The notes below the pieces were generated by a model. That model was not told where the DNA came from. It was given only the letters and a program-made list of their open reading frames with translations, and did not search any database. A stretch of DNA of 64,000 nucleotides, taken from contig OZ242214.1 in assembly GCA_965206595.1 (NCBI GenBank), forward strand, positions 2,624,001 through 2,688,000. The letters are read 5' to 3'. The position numbers and the translations under genes are program-made. Source of the DNA: Candidatus Latescibacterota bacterium. Its GTDB lineage: Bacteria; Latescibacterota; UBA2968; UBA8231. This document shows, in pieces, positions 40,384-50,811 of the stretch. Positions within the stretch are counted from its first letter, which is position 1, and the number at the start of each line of letters is the position of its first letter.

Positions 40384-42611
40384 ACATCTCCGAGCAACGC
40401 ATCCAATCCACCTTCGAAAGCGTCCTGGCGCGGCTCCCCGGCCCCCTCGGCGAACGCCTCCGAAAAGCGACCGGGGGACGGTTCGGCATCGGCAGCAAGA
40501 TCGCCGTGGTCCTGGGCGGCGGCGTCACCCTGACCATCGGCGCCGTCGTTCTCGCGCTGGGGCTGATGAGAATCGTCAGCACCCGCCAGAGCGAGGTCAC
40601 CGAAGGGTACATGCCGGCCCTGGTCGCCGCCTTCGAGGTCGCCCGGAGCAGCTCCGAGTTGGTGCGGGCTTCCCCCCGGCTCCTCTCCGCCGACGATCCC
40701 GACGACCTCGGGTTGGTGATGTGGGACGTGGTGCGGGAGGAGGAGACTTTGCGGAAATGGCTTTCCGAAGTAAGGCGCGCCGAATCGAAGGGAGGTGCCG
40801 AGGGAGACATCGGAAGCGCGGTCGTGCCGCTGGCCGACAGCCTGGTGGAGAGCATCAGCCAGATCCAGGAGTCGGTCGGGCGCAGGATGCAGTACCGGGC
40901 CCTGCTCCGGAAGCTCGAAGGGCAGGTCGAGAGCCTCGGCCTCGAACTGCAGCTATTGCTCGAGGAGCTGGTCGACGATCAGCATTTCTTCATGCACACC
41001 GGGCTCCGCGGTCTCGACGATGCCCCGGCCTCCCCGGACCGGAGGACGTCGAGGGCCGAGCTCGATCACTACGCCGGCCTCCTCGACTTCCAGGCTTCGC
41101 AGAACGTCACCACCACCCTCATCCAGCAGGCGATGACGGAGAACGACCCGGAGCTGCTGCGGGCGAACCGGGAACGGGTGGAAACGGCCATGAGCGACGT
41201 GCGCCGGGCCCTGGGCGGGGTCAGGCCGGCGATCAGGTCCCTGCTGCAGCCGCAGGTGGAGAAGCTGACCGGCTTCTACGCCGCCCCGGACGGGGCCTTC
41301 GAAGCCCGCACCCGCGAGCTCGAGGAGATCCGCCGCTCCGAAGACCTCCTGGCCCGCAACCAGCAGACCACCGCCGACCTCGTGGCCATGGTGGAAGGGC
41401 TGGTGAAGGAGGCCGAGGTCTCCACCCAGAACGCCGCCAATCGCTCCCGCAACCTGGTGCGCCTCGGGTTCTGGTTTCTGCTCGGGGTCACCCTCCTCAC
41501 CCTCGTCGCCGCCTACTTCGTCTGGACGTTGTTCGGCAAGCGCCTGCTGGCCCGGTTGGGCAGGCTCTTCGACGCCACCCAACGGATGTCGAAGGGGGAT
41601 CTCGAAGTGCAGGTGGAGATCGAAGGGAACGACGAGGTGACCGACATGGCCGGGGCCCTGGAGGTCTTCCGGCAGCACGCCGTCGAGGTGCAGCGGCTCA
41701 ACCTCGTCGAGAAGCTGGCCGCGGAGGTCCAGGCCAAGAACGCCGCGCTCGAGACCACCAACTCCGAGCTGGAGACCACCCTGGAAGACCTCAAGCGCAC
41801 CCAGCAGCAGGTCATCAGCCAGGAAAAGCTCGCTTCCCTGGGGGCCCTCACCGCCGGCATCGCCCACGAGATCAGGAACCCCCTGAACTTCGTCAACAAC
41901 TTCGCCGGCCTTTCGTCCGACCTGATCGACGAGCTGAGGGAAGAGCTGAAGGGAGAGGGGGAGGGCGGCATGGACCAAGAGCTGATCGACGAGATCCTCG
42001 ACGACCTCGGCGGCAACGCGGGCAAGGTGAAGGAGCACGGGGAGCGGGCCAACCGCATCGTCGAGGGCATGCTGGCCCACTCCCGCAACGAGGCGGGACA
42101 GGTGGAATCAGTGGACATCAACCTGCTGGTCGACGAATACGCCAAGCTCGCCTACCACGGACTAAGGGGCACGGATTCGACCTTCAACGTCAACCTGGTC
42201 CAGGAGTACGACGAGGGCGCCGGGCGGGTCGAGGCGATCACCCGGGACCTGAGCCGGGTCTTCCTCAACGTGGTGACGAACGCCTGCCACGCCACTGCCG
42301 CCCGCGCCAGGGAGTCCGACGGCTCCTACAAGCCCAAGGTGTGGCTCAGGACCGAGGGCAGCGAGGACGGCGTTCGCGTTTCCATCCGCGACAACGGCAC
42401 CGGGATTCCCGACGAGATCGTCGACAGGATCTTCGACCCGTTCTTCACCACCAAGTCCGGCACCCAGGGGACCGGACTCGGACTTTCGATCTCCCACGAG
42501 ATCGTCCGCGAGCACGGGGGGGAGCTCCAGGTGGAGACCGAAGAGGGGGAATTCACCGAATTCAGGATAGTCCTGCCGAGGAAGAGCTTTTCCGCGGCTC
42601 CAGCTTCCTGA
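40380..42611 (+). CDS. Membrane sensor histidine kinase (periplasmic domain, HAMP, HisKA, HATPase)
   Basis: Two TMs, GNDEV HAMP, AGIAHEIRNPLN, DNGTG, FFTTK...GTGLGL. Confidence 0.92.
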   Translation: MNISEQRIQSTFESVLARLPGPLGERLRKATGGRFGIGSKIAVVLGGGVTLTIGAVVLALGLMRIVSTRQSEVTEGYMPALVAAFEVARSSSELVRASPRLLSADDPDDLGLVMWDVVREEETLRKWLSEVRRAESKGGAEGDIGSAVVPLADSLVESISQIQESVGRRMQYRALLRKLEGQVESLGLELQLLLEELVDDQHFFMHTGLRGLDDAPASPDRRTSRAELDHYAGLLDFQASQNVTTTLIQQAMTENDPELLRANRERVETAMSDVRRALGGVRPAIRSLLQPQVEKLTGFYAAPDGAFEARTRELEEIRRSEDLLARNQQTTADLVAMVEGLVKEAEVSTQNAANRSRNLVRLGFWFLLGVTLLTLVAAYFVWTLFGKRLLARLGRLFDATQRMSKGDLEVQVEIEGNDEVTDMAGALEVFRQHAVEVQRLNLVEKLAAEVQAKNAALETTNSELETTLEDLKRTQQQVISQEKLASLGALTAGIAHEIRNPLNFVNNFAGLSSDLIDELREELKGEGEGGMDQELIDEILDDLGGNAGKVKEHGERANRIVEGMLAHSRNEAGQVESVDINLLVDEYAKLAYHGLRGTDSTFNVNLVQEYDEGAGRVEAITRDLSRVFLNVVTNACHATAARARESDGSYKPKVWLRTEGSEDGVRVSIRDNGTGIPDEIVDRIFDPFFTTKSGTQGTGLGLSISHEIVREHGGELQVETEEGEFTEFRIVLPRKSFSAAPAS

Positions 42612-42851
42612 CCCCCCGCCGTTGCCGAGGGGGGTGATTGGACCTCCCCGGACAACCCTCCCCCGAGGGGCGCGGCCCCGGTTTCGCTGCCTCCGGTCCC
42701 ACCTCGGACCGGGACCTGACTTTCATCGATCTACCCCAGCTGACCGGAACCGGTGTCGAAGCGGAAATTGCCACCGACCGTATCTGGCGAAAACAGCGTC
42801 GGACCATCTTTTCAGAACCGGAAAAACCAGACCTGGAACAGCGAGGACAGA

Positions 42852-43625
42852 ATGAAAAAACCATGCGCTGCGGGGATGGCCGCCGTACTGCTGTCCGTCT
42901 CGGCCTCTGCCCCCGCCCGCGCCGAGTTCCACCTGCAGTACGGCAAGCTGCTGAATCCATTCTCGGCCGCGGAGCAACCGACCCTTGTCTTCACCGTGCA
43001 GCAAGCGTCCGGGTGGAAATTCGGCGACAGCTTCTTCTTCATCGACTACCTCGACGACGGCGGAGAGGACGGCTTCAACGACCGGGAGTTCTACGCCGAG
43101 TGGTACCCGACCCTGAGCTTGGGCAAGCTGACCGGCAAGGAGTTCCGCTTCGGTCCGATCGGGGATTTTTCCCTGGTGGCCGGGTTCAACGCCAGCGGCG
43201 ACGGCAAAGTCGTGAAGTACCTGCCTGGTCTCAGGGCTTCCTGGAACCTGCCGGGGCTCCTGTTCCTGAATACGGACCTGACCGCCTATATAGACGACAA
43301 CACCGGCATCGACAGCGGAGGCCCCCCCGATACCGGCAACAGCTTCATGTGCGACGTCAGCTGGGCTTTCCCCTTCGAGGCCGGCAGCCAGTCGTTTGCC
43401 ATCGCCGGCCATGCCGAGTACGTCGGCGGCACCACTGACGAGCTTGGCGGCGACGTCAACGGGTGGATTCTCGCTCAGCCGCAGTTCACCTGGGATCTGG
43501 GCAAGGCCCTATTCGCAGCGCCCCACCGGCTCCTGGCCGGCATCGAGTATCAGTACTGGCTCAACAAGCTGGGAACGGACCAAGACGAGAGCACGGCGCA
43601 GCTGCTGCTGGTTTGGCGCCCTTGA
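42852..43625 (+). CDS. DUF5020/Tsx-like nucleoside-specific outer-membrane channel
   Basis: Signal peptide; WKFGDSFFFID, QPQF.WD, GIEYQYWLNKLG. Confidence 0.72.
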   Translation: MKKPCAAGMAAVLLSVSASAPARAEFHLQYGKLLNPFSAAEQPTLVFTVQQASGWKFGDSFFFIDYLDDGGEDGFNDREFYAEWYPTLSLGKLTGKEFRFGPIGDFSLVAGFNASGDGKVVKYLPGLRASWNLPGLLFLNTDLTAYIDDNTGIDSGGPPDTGNSFMCDVSWAFPFEAGSQSFAIAGHAEYVGGTTDELGGDVNGWILAQPQFTWDLGKALFAAPHRLLAGIEYQYWLNKLGTDQDESTAQLLLVWRP

Positions 43626-43742
43626 AGGGCGTGTTATGGCGGGATCGGGGTTCGCAAAGCTTTCAGCATATCTTCGCCGGATCGTTCGTTCCAAACTTAA
43701 TTTTTTTCATTTTGGTTTTATCTTACAAGCTATTGGGAGACA

Positions 43743-45500
43743 ATGGGTTTGGATACAGTAAGAGCGAATGAAAACATCCGCTTCGAGCCCGACGAGCGCC
43801 CTCCCCACTCGGTCGCGGCCGGGGTCGGATTTCAGGCCGCGGTCGTCGTCCTGGCGCCGGTGGTGCTCAGTGCCGTCATAATTGCCCGGGCAGCCAACCA
43901 GCCGGCGAGCTACCTGACCTGGGTCGCCTTTGCGGCGCTGATGGTCAGCGGCGTGAGCACGGTGCTGCAAGCGGTCCGGATCGGGCGTATCGGGGCGGGG
44001 CACGTGCTCATCATGGGCACCTCCGGAGCCTTCATCGCGGTCTGCATCACGGCGCTGGTGAAGGGCGGACCCTCCCTGATGGCGAGCCTCATCGTCGTTT
44101 CGTCGCTGTTTCAGTTTCTCCTGGCGGCGCGGCTGTCGCTGGTGCGCCGGATCATCACCCCGGTCGTCTCCGGCACGGTGATCATGCTGATCGCCGTCAC
44201 CGTCATGCCGGTGGTCTTCGACCTCCTGGGGGACGTTCCGGATGGCACGCCTGCGGTTGCGGCACCGGCCGCGGCCGCGGCTACCCTCGCCGCCCTTCTG
44301 GTTCTGGCGCTGCGCGCCCCGGTGGCCTGGCGCCTTTGGGCACCGCTGGTCGCCATCGCGGTCGGCTGCGCCGTCTCCGCCCCCTTGGGGCTGTACGACG
44401 TTCAGCCTGTAGTCGAAGCCGCCTGGATCGGCTTTCCCGACTACGCCTGGCCGGGACTGGACCTGTCCCTCAGCGCCGAGTTCTGGGCGCTGCTGCCGGC
44501 GTTCGTGGTCGTCACCATGGTAGGGGCGATCGAGACCATCGGCGACGGCGTCGCCATTCAACGGATCTCGCGACGCCGGCCGCGGGCTACCGATTTCCGC
44601 CTCGTCCAGGGCGCCCTCAACGCCGACGGGGTGGGCAATCTGCTCTCCGGGCTCGTCGGCACGCCCCCCAATACGACCTACTCCACCAGCATATCCCTCG
44701 CCGAGCTGACCGGTGTCGCCGCACGCCGGGTCGGGGTGTACATCGGCGTCCTCTTCGTGCTGCTGGCCTTGTCGCCCAAGGTGACGGCCCTCATCATCGC
44801 CATTCCCAACCCGGTGGGGACCGCCTACGTAACCCTGCTGATAGGCATCCTCTTCGTGCAGGGAATGAAGATCGTCGTCGGGGACGGCCTCGATCACCGC
44901 AAGGCCGCGGTGGTGGGCCTGTCTTTCTGGATCGGCGTCGGCTTCCAGAACCAGGTGATCTTCGCCGACCTGCTCGGCGACACCTTGGGCACCTTGCTAG
45001 GCAACGGCATGACCGCCGGGGGGATCGTGGCGATCGCGCTTACCGCCTTCCTGGAGCTGACGGCGCCCCGCAGCCGGCGCCTGAAGGTCGAGCTGGCCGC
45101 CTCGGCGCTGCCGGAGATCGACGCCTTCCTGCGCGCCTTCGCCGCCAGGGCCGGCTGGAAGGAGCCGTCGGAGGGGCGGCTGCGCTCCGCGGGAGAGGAG
45201 ACACTGGCGGTCCTGCTGCAGCAGTTCGAAGGGGAAGGGGCGGAGCCCGAGGGGCGGAGCCTGATCGTCACCGCCCGCCTGGCCGAGAAGGGTGTGGAGC
45301 TGGATTTCCTCGCCGCCTCGAGTGCCGAGAACCTCGAGGACCGGCTCGCCTACCTCAGCGAGCAGCCCGAGCGGGTCGACGAGCACGAGATCTCCTACCG
45401 CCTGTTGCGGCATTACGCCGCTTCGGTGCGGCACCAGAAATACCACGACGTCGACATCGTCTCGGTCCTGGTCGAGGAGGCGCCCGAGTCCCGCCTGTGA
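43743..45500 (+). CDS. NCS2 xanthine/uracil permease with an extra C-terminal HATPase-like domain
   Basis: GTSGAF, TPVVSGTVIMLI, ETIGD, GALNADG, PNTTYS; soluble ~140-aa tail. Confidence 0.85.
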   Translation: MGLDTVRANENIRFEPDERPPHSVAAGVGFQAAVVVLAPVVLSAVIIARAANQPASYLTWVAFAALMVSGVSTVLQAVRIGRIGAGHVLIMGTSGAFIAVCITALVKGGPSLMASLIVVSSLFQFLLAARLSLVRRIITPVVSGTVIMLIAVTVMPVVFDLLGDVPDGTPAVAAPAAAAATLAALLVLALRAPVAWRLWAPLVAIAVGCAVSAPLGLYDVQPVVEAAWIGFPDYAWPGLDLSLSAEFWALLPAFVVVTMVGAIETIGDGVAIQRISRRRPRATDFRLVQGALNADGVGNLLSGLVGTPPNTTYSTSISLAELTGVAARRVGVYIGVLFVLLALSPKVTALIIAIPNPVGTAYVTLLIGILFVQGMKIVVGDGLDHRKAAVVGLSFWIGVGFQNQVIFADLLGDTLGTLLGNGMTAGGIVAIALTAFLELTAPRSRRLKVELAASALPEIDAFLRAFAARAGWKEPSEGRLRSAGEETLAVLLQQFEGEGAEPEGRSLIVTARLAEKGVELDFLAASSAENLEDRLAYLSEQPERVDEHEISYRLLRHYAASVRHQKYHDVDIVSVLVEEAPESRL

Positions 45501-45577
45501 CACTCACGTCGCGTAAAGAGATTCGACGCCGGAGCGGTCGGGGCTCGGTTCGGAAGCGCCCGGGCTCCTACCTTCAG

Positions 45578-47436
45578 CCTTTGTTATTCATTCAACCCGC
45601 GCATAAGCGGACATAGGCGCTTCCGAGACCCCTTCGCTTAGCCTCAGAGGCTTGCGTCCCTTCTATAGTCGGCTTTTTGGGTAGAGCCGTCTCCTTATCT
45701 CTACCGACCTTGTTGAAATTGTACGCGCCTTCTCGAAGACGCTTGCCTTTGCGAGCCCATCATCCCGACCGACCCGGCCTGCGCTTACGCCATCGCCGCG
45801 TCCACCGGTTTGAGCGTGGCCAGAAATCTCCACAGACGATCCCAGGCAGCCGCCGTCCCTTGGGTCAGGATGACGCCCACCCTGCGCCCATGCAAGGTGA
45901 CGCGGGACGGCAGGCGCAGGTAGCGCCGTCGAAAACTGTCCAGGCTCAGGGCCGTCGTCGAGCGTCCGTATGTGCGGGGCCGCCCGCGTCGGGCCTCGGC
46001 GCGTTCGGCGGCCTGGCGGCCCAGGTGAAGCAGGTTGTAGGCCAGCAGGTTCAAGGTCAGAAGCGCCTGGTTGGCAGCGAAGGCATCCCGGGACGGGGTG
46101 CGCTGACGCGGCTCTCGACCCCGGTAGTGTTGCTTGCGACGGGTGGTAGAGGAGAGCTGAGGCTGGAGGGTGGAGCTCAACTCGCCGAGCATGCGCTCGA
46201 AAAGGCCGCGCTGACGATAAAAGGCGACCAGGTCGCGGCCGCTCATCGTCTGGGGACTCTGGTCGGTGATCAGGAAGAAGTGGCGGGCGATGGGCAGCTC
46301 TTCCGTCTCGGAAGGGACCAGGACCAACACCACCCGCCGGGCTGCGCCCAGGACCTGGCTTGATAGCGCAGCTCGCGACAGCGAAAACCCTCTTCCCGCA
46401 GCTCTTCCGGGTGCTGCGCCAGCTCCTGCTGATAGCCTTCCACCCAGGCACGAGCCAGCTCCTCCAGGCGCGCATTCTTCTTGATGCGCGCCACGTACGA
46501 GGTGTCGGCCCGCGCTTCCAGCTCACTCAGGAAAGACCCGCTCACCGAGGCCGCGTCGAAGCGCAGGATGAGGCGCCGGGCCAGATGCGACTGAATCCAG
46601 TCCAAGCGCTTGCCGAGAGCCTCTGAGGCGCCCTCATGGGCGTGCACGTTGCCCGGCCGCAGCACGGCACCGAAGAAATCGCCCGTCTGCGCCGAGCCGA
46701 GGAGCAGGGGATGGTACCCCGAGGCGTGGAAGTAGCCGTTGTATTCGACCCCCGCCTGGTGCCCGTGCGCCGGCATCGGCAGGGCATCCATGTCGACGGC
46801 CAACTCCTCGTATTTCATCCGTCCTTCCAGCAGCCGGCAACGAGACCGGGCGCTGCGCAGGACGGCTTCCTCCAACACCTCGCGGTTATAGGCAGTCGAG
46901 GCTTGCTCGAGCAGGCGCGACAGCGTCGGCTGACTGGCCAGTCCCTGCGGCCGGTCTTCGTCGCCGCTGCGCAACGGCGCCTGCCCTTTGCGATCGCTGA
47001 CCGCCAGACGCAGGATCGGATCTTGGCGCAACGCGTCGGCGTCGGCGGCGTGGGTCCAGCCCTGTGCCAGCAGCACGATCTGTGTGCGCAGCAGCTCCGG
47101 CAGCGGGTGCGTGATCTGGTCTTGGGTACGGAGATCCTCGAAGTGGGCGTCGACCCAATCCAGAACCCGGCTGTGTTCGAGCAGTTGACGCAACATCAGC
47201 GCACCGGTGTCGCTGCCAAGGTGGGTGGGGCGGGCTTCGATGTGGATGGAGCGGTTGAAAGACGGCTGAATCGGCCCGGCTTGCTCGGACTCGGTGTGTG
47301 ACGGTAATTCACCCATTGGGTGTCCTACTGTGTGATGGGTTCAAAGGGCGATACTGCCTTGTGTTTCCCTCTGAAATCTAAGCATGGGAGGCACCCAGTA
47401 CAGCCCTCTCCACTAAAATTCCATGAATAACAAGGG
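45578..47436 (-). mobile_element. IS1380-family element, copy 2 (1859 bp, transposase frameshifted)
   Basis: Near-identical to 25085-26944; TSD TTCAG (45573-45577, 47437-47441); one G missing near 46340. Confidence 0.92.
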
Positions 47437-47498
47437 TTCAGACTGCCTGCCCCACTCCCACCATCTTTCGGCCAAAGCCGAAGGATCAGAACTGGAGG

Positions 47499-48644
47499 TC
47501 AAGCTCTGGTCCAGGGCTCCTTCAGGGACGGATGTTCAAGAACCAGCCGGACAGTTTCGTTTGTGTCGTTGTAGAACTTGCTGATCTGCTCTTCCGCATT
47601 CCGAGCACCCGCCAGAACTTCCACCAATGGACACCTTATGTGAAATGGGTGCCACTGGTTTGGCTCCCGTACTTTTTCATCCCCGAGATGATCGTAAAAC
47701 GTCCAGCCGTCCGGGAAACTCACGGACTTCAGATACGCCACGAGCTTTCGGTAAGCGGGAACTGCTGGCGCGGGATGCAGATCCTCGTCGAGACTGAGAA
47801 CAACACAAGCGTCCGGGCCGCGGTTGCGGTCCACTGGTTCCGTGCAATGATCCGATCCATCCAGGAGAACACCGACGAACAGGCCGGGGTCCCAACCGGT
47901 ACCACCCGACTTGCCGCGTACCTGGAAACCCAGACGACCCCATTTGTCCACAACCTTTCTCTCGACAGTACATGGCCATTCCTGACCAGACACGGCCCAC
48001 ATCATCTTCTTCAGGTTTTCGTGGAAGTCGGCTACAAGGAAGTAGCCCTCGATAACTTTCTGTTCCAACCTGTCCATCGGTCCGAGTCCTCTCCTCTCAA
48101 GCAAGTGTCTGAAATCCTCGACTACGAAATGCACCACCGGATCGTGGCTGTCGGACTGCAGCCGCAACCACTTCTCCAGAAGTTCATGAATATGATGCCA
48201 ACACAGCTTCAGATCCGGCTTCTGCTGATGTTGTCCGGGATACGCGGTAATGAGAACAACCGGTGCTTCATTGAACGGCGGGGGCGCGTGGTTCCTGTAA
48301 TCGCCAAGCTGATCTTCTCGCAGCCAAGACCAAACCTTGTGTTCGAAGACAATCCCACGCTTTCCATCCGAGCAGGTCATGTCGGGACGGACGGGCCACA
48401 TGCCTTCCCCCCGCGGGAACGATGTCTGGGTCTCCCATCGCAGCGCCTCCCTGTCAAGAGCCGACATACTGAGGCCCTCCTCGCTGAGGTAGTCGAGGAA
48501 GCATTCGTCAAAACCGGTGTTCGACAATATCCAGCAGAATGCATTCGTGATGAAGTCCTCGATCTTGCCCGGAGCCAAAGAATCGAGCAGACCCGGAGCG
48601 AGACCGGTTTTCAGCCGGTAACTCGCTGAGGATGTGGTGGTCAT
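47499..48644 (-). CDS. PD-(D/E)XK nuclease superfamily protein
   Basis: EDFIT, RPDM, IVFEHK, QL..Y. Confidence 0.7.
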   Translation of the reverse strand: MTTTSSASYRLKTGLAPGLLDSLAPGKIEDFITNAFCWILSNTGFDECFLDYLSEEGLSMSALDREALRWETQTSFPRGEGMWPVRPDMTCSDGKRGIVFEHKVWSWLREDQLGDYRNHAPPPFNEAPVVLITAYPGQHQQKPDLKLCWHHIHELLEKWLRLQSDSHDPVVHFVVEDFRHLLERRGLGPMDRLEQKVIEGYFLVADFHENLKKMMWAVSGQEWPCTVERKVVDKWGRLGFQVRGKSGGTGWDPGLFVGVLLDGSDHCTEPVDRNRGPDACVVLSLDEDLHPAPAVPAYRKLVAYLKSVSFPDGWTFYDHLGDEKVREPNQWHPFHIRCPLVEVLAGARNAEEQISKFYNDTNETVRLVLEHPSLKEPWTRA

Positions 48645-48729
48645 GACTTCTCCTTTCTCCCTTTATTTACTCTCCGGTCTTGCAGTCAACTCCCACCTGA
48701 ATGGATATCGTGCGGTTCTTCCTCATTCT

Positions 48730-49335
48730 TCAGATACCGAACTCAAATGAATTACCCAACGCACAGAGCCGTTCGACAAAATAACGAGCACTAGGGCAAT
48801 TGAGGTGCTGAGCCGCCCGTCTGACGTCAAACCCTTGATCGCGAATGAATTTTCTGGAAAAAATGAGTCGGTTTCTCCCTGGCCCTCTGCCTTTTGCGTC
48901 CCGGAGCTCCTTCAGCCGGTCCCAAGGCATTCCAGTTGCGGTTTCCGGGTCAACCTCACAGAAGGTGCTGTCTCCCAACCACTGCCGCATGGCCTTGGTA
49001 TCGGCGAGAAACCAGGATTCCATCGCCTTCTTCGCAATCGCGACCAGATCAATGCCCTGGGAACCAATGATTTTCTTGCGCGCTTGCACACATCGCGCAC
49101 AGGTCTCGGGATCGAGGTCGGCAAGCACAACCACCTTTTCCGGACTTGCCGTGTTCCTGAGATTCTTGACGAAGGTCCCGATGTTTCGACTACACATATT
49201 GCCATTGCCAGCCGCATCAACCACTGGATCGAGCACTTCAAGGTTGCATTCTTCACGCAGCCATTTTCGAAACAGTTCGCTTTCGACCAGTCGTTTTTCT
49301 GATGCCCCCTCCACCACGAACCCCACGGTCACCAT
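48730..49335 (-). CDS. DUF4276/TOPRIM-like protein
   Basis: GFVVEG.SE, VLADLD, MESWFLAD, C.S...F; overlaps ATPase stop. Confidence 0.7.
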   Translation of the reverse strand: MVTVGFVVEGASEKRLVESELFRKWLREECNLEVLDPVVDAAGNGNMCSRNIGTFVKNLRNTASPEKVVVLADLDPETCARCVQARKKIIGSQGIDLVAIAKKAMESWFLADTKAMRQWLGDSTFCEVDPETATGMPWDRLKELRDAKGRGPGRNRLIFSRKFIRDQGFDVRRAAQHLNCPSARYFVERLCALGNSFEFGI

Positions 49336-50477
49336 GGCAGCCCCCCGTCCAGAAGGTTGGAAAGCCAAGCCTCATCAAGACTCAATGAATCAAGGTTTTC
49401 TTGGGTGAAGTTCCCCGCATCGGCAGGCTTCATTCCCGTGCGGCCTTCGACCTTATCCACTAAAATGAGCTCATCGGGGTTTATCGCTCGAACAACGGAC
49501 TCGCTATGGGTGGTCAACCAGATAGGGTTTTCAGGCGACGCCCGCTGCCGCATCAAATCTATCAGCTCGCGGATGGCTTTTGCGTGAAGCCCTCTCTCAG
49601 GTTCCTCGATTAACGTCATTCCACCACCAGCAGGCTGGTCGAGAACGGCTACCAGCAAACAGAGCGCGTACATCGTCCCATCTGAAACCAAGTGGGCCGG
49701 GAACCGCTTCCTCGTCCCTTCCTCCTTGAAAAGGAGGGCAGCACTGCTATCCAGTCTCTGCTTTTCAGTCTGGATATTCTCGATTCCTGGTACAATCATT
49801 TCCATCCAATCCGAAATATCCCCCCGTACCAATCGATCTCCCTCCAAGCGATTCAAGACACTCGCCAGATTGTGCCCCTTGCGCTCTAACCTTGTTGGAT
49901 CAAGGTCGGATTTATCCGGCTCCTTTGCACCCGCAGGATCAATTCGGTATATATGCAAATTTCTCAGGAGTTCGGTGAGCGGCTCCTCCCCGAATATCGA
50001 GAGACCCGAATAGATGTTCGGAAGTCCTGAGAGTTGACGGGTATTGGACTCTTCTCCAACGACTATCGCGTTTTTTCCCCTTTTTCGCTTAAAGCGTTGT
50101 TTCCCGTTGACCCTCAAATATTCCTCGATTTCAGGTTCTTTCCCGAGATCGAAAATACTCAACAAATAGTGAGACGTTGCGAGCTCTTCTCCCTGCTCTT
50201 GGGAAAAATCGCCTTCGAGTTCAAAAGTGAACTTTCTGGAATTCGGCGCATAACGCTTCGCGGATTGTATATTGGCAAAGCCTCCATGCTCGCGCAGGGC
50301 GGTTTCAATCCCGTTACGCACAAACAGGCTGACAAAGTCCAACGCATCGAAAAAATTGCTCTTGCCCGAGCCATTCGCTCCAGCGAATACCGAGAAGGGG
50401 GAAAGCCCCTTTATCTCCAGAGCATCAATACTCTTGAAGTTCTCGATCCTCAAGGTTTGTATGGTTTTCTTCGTCAT
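49329..50477 (-). CDS. ABC-type (AAA_21) ATPase
   Basis: IENFKSI, GANGSGKSN, VSDGT, LIEEPERGLH, TTHS. Confidence 0.88.
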   Translation of the reverse strand: MTKKTIQTLRIENFKSIDALEIKGLSPFSVFAGANGSGKSNFFDALDFVSLFVRNGIETALREHGGFANIQSAKRYAPNSRKFTFELEGDFSQEQGEELATSHYLLSIFDLGKEPEIEEYLRVNGKQRFKRKRGKNAIVVGEESNTRQLSGLPNIYSGLSIFGEEPLTELLRNLHIYRIDPAGAKEPDKSDLDPTRLERKGHNLASVLNRLEGDRLVRGDISDWMEMIVPGIENIQTEKQRLDSSAALLFKEEGTRKRFPAHLVSDGTMYALCLLVAVLDQPAGGGMTLIEEPERGLHAKAIRELIDLMRQRASPENPIWLTTHSESVVRAINPDELILVDKVEGRTGMKPADAGNFTQENLDSLSLDEAWLSNLLDGGLPW

Positions 50478-50811
50478 ATCAGGATCCGTTCCGTGCCTTT
50501 GCTGGGCTGGCGAAGACCGTCGAAAAACATTTCCTGCCTCCACATCGCACCTGTGAAAAGGCCACTTTCCACTCCGCAGAGGATCAATCCCGACGCAACT
50601 ACCGCCCTGCTACGGCGCAGATCCGCGGTTGCCCCTGCCGGTGGAAATCAAGGGTTTAAATTTCGAAGCTATGGCATCATGGGTAGTCCGCAACATGCAG
50701 GTAACAGAACCCGAGGAAAAGTCCGATCTTGAACGGTCCATGGGCTCGCATGACATCTCCTGTCGACCGCGGGGAGTTCGTGGGCTCGCTTCAACAGGCT
50801 GCCCCGCATCT

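Noticed and set aside
46330-46345. Programmed frameshift in IS1380 copy 2 (also considered for the SelA-like gene at ~56677)
   Set aside because: Copy 1 is intact; single-base indels in short G/C runs are mutations or sequencing errors.
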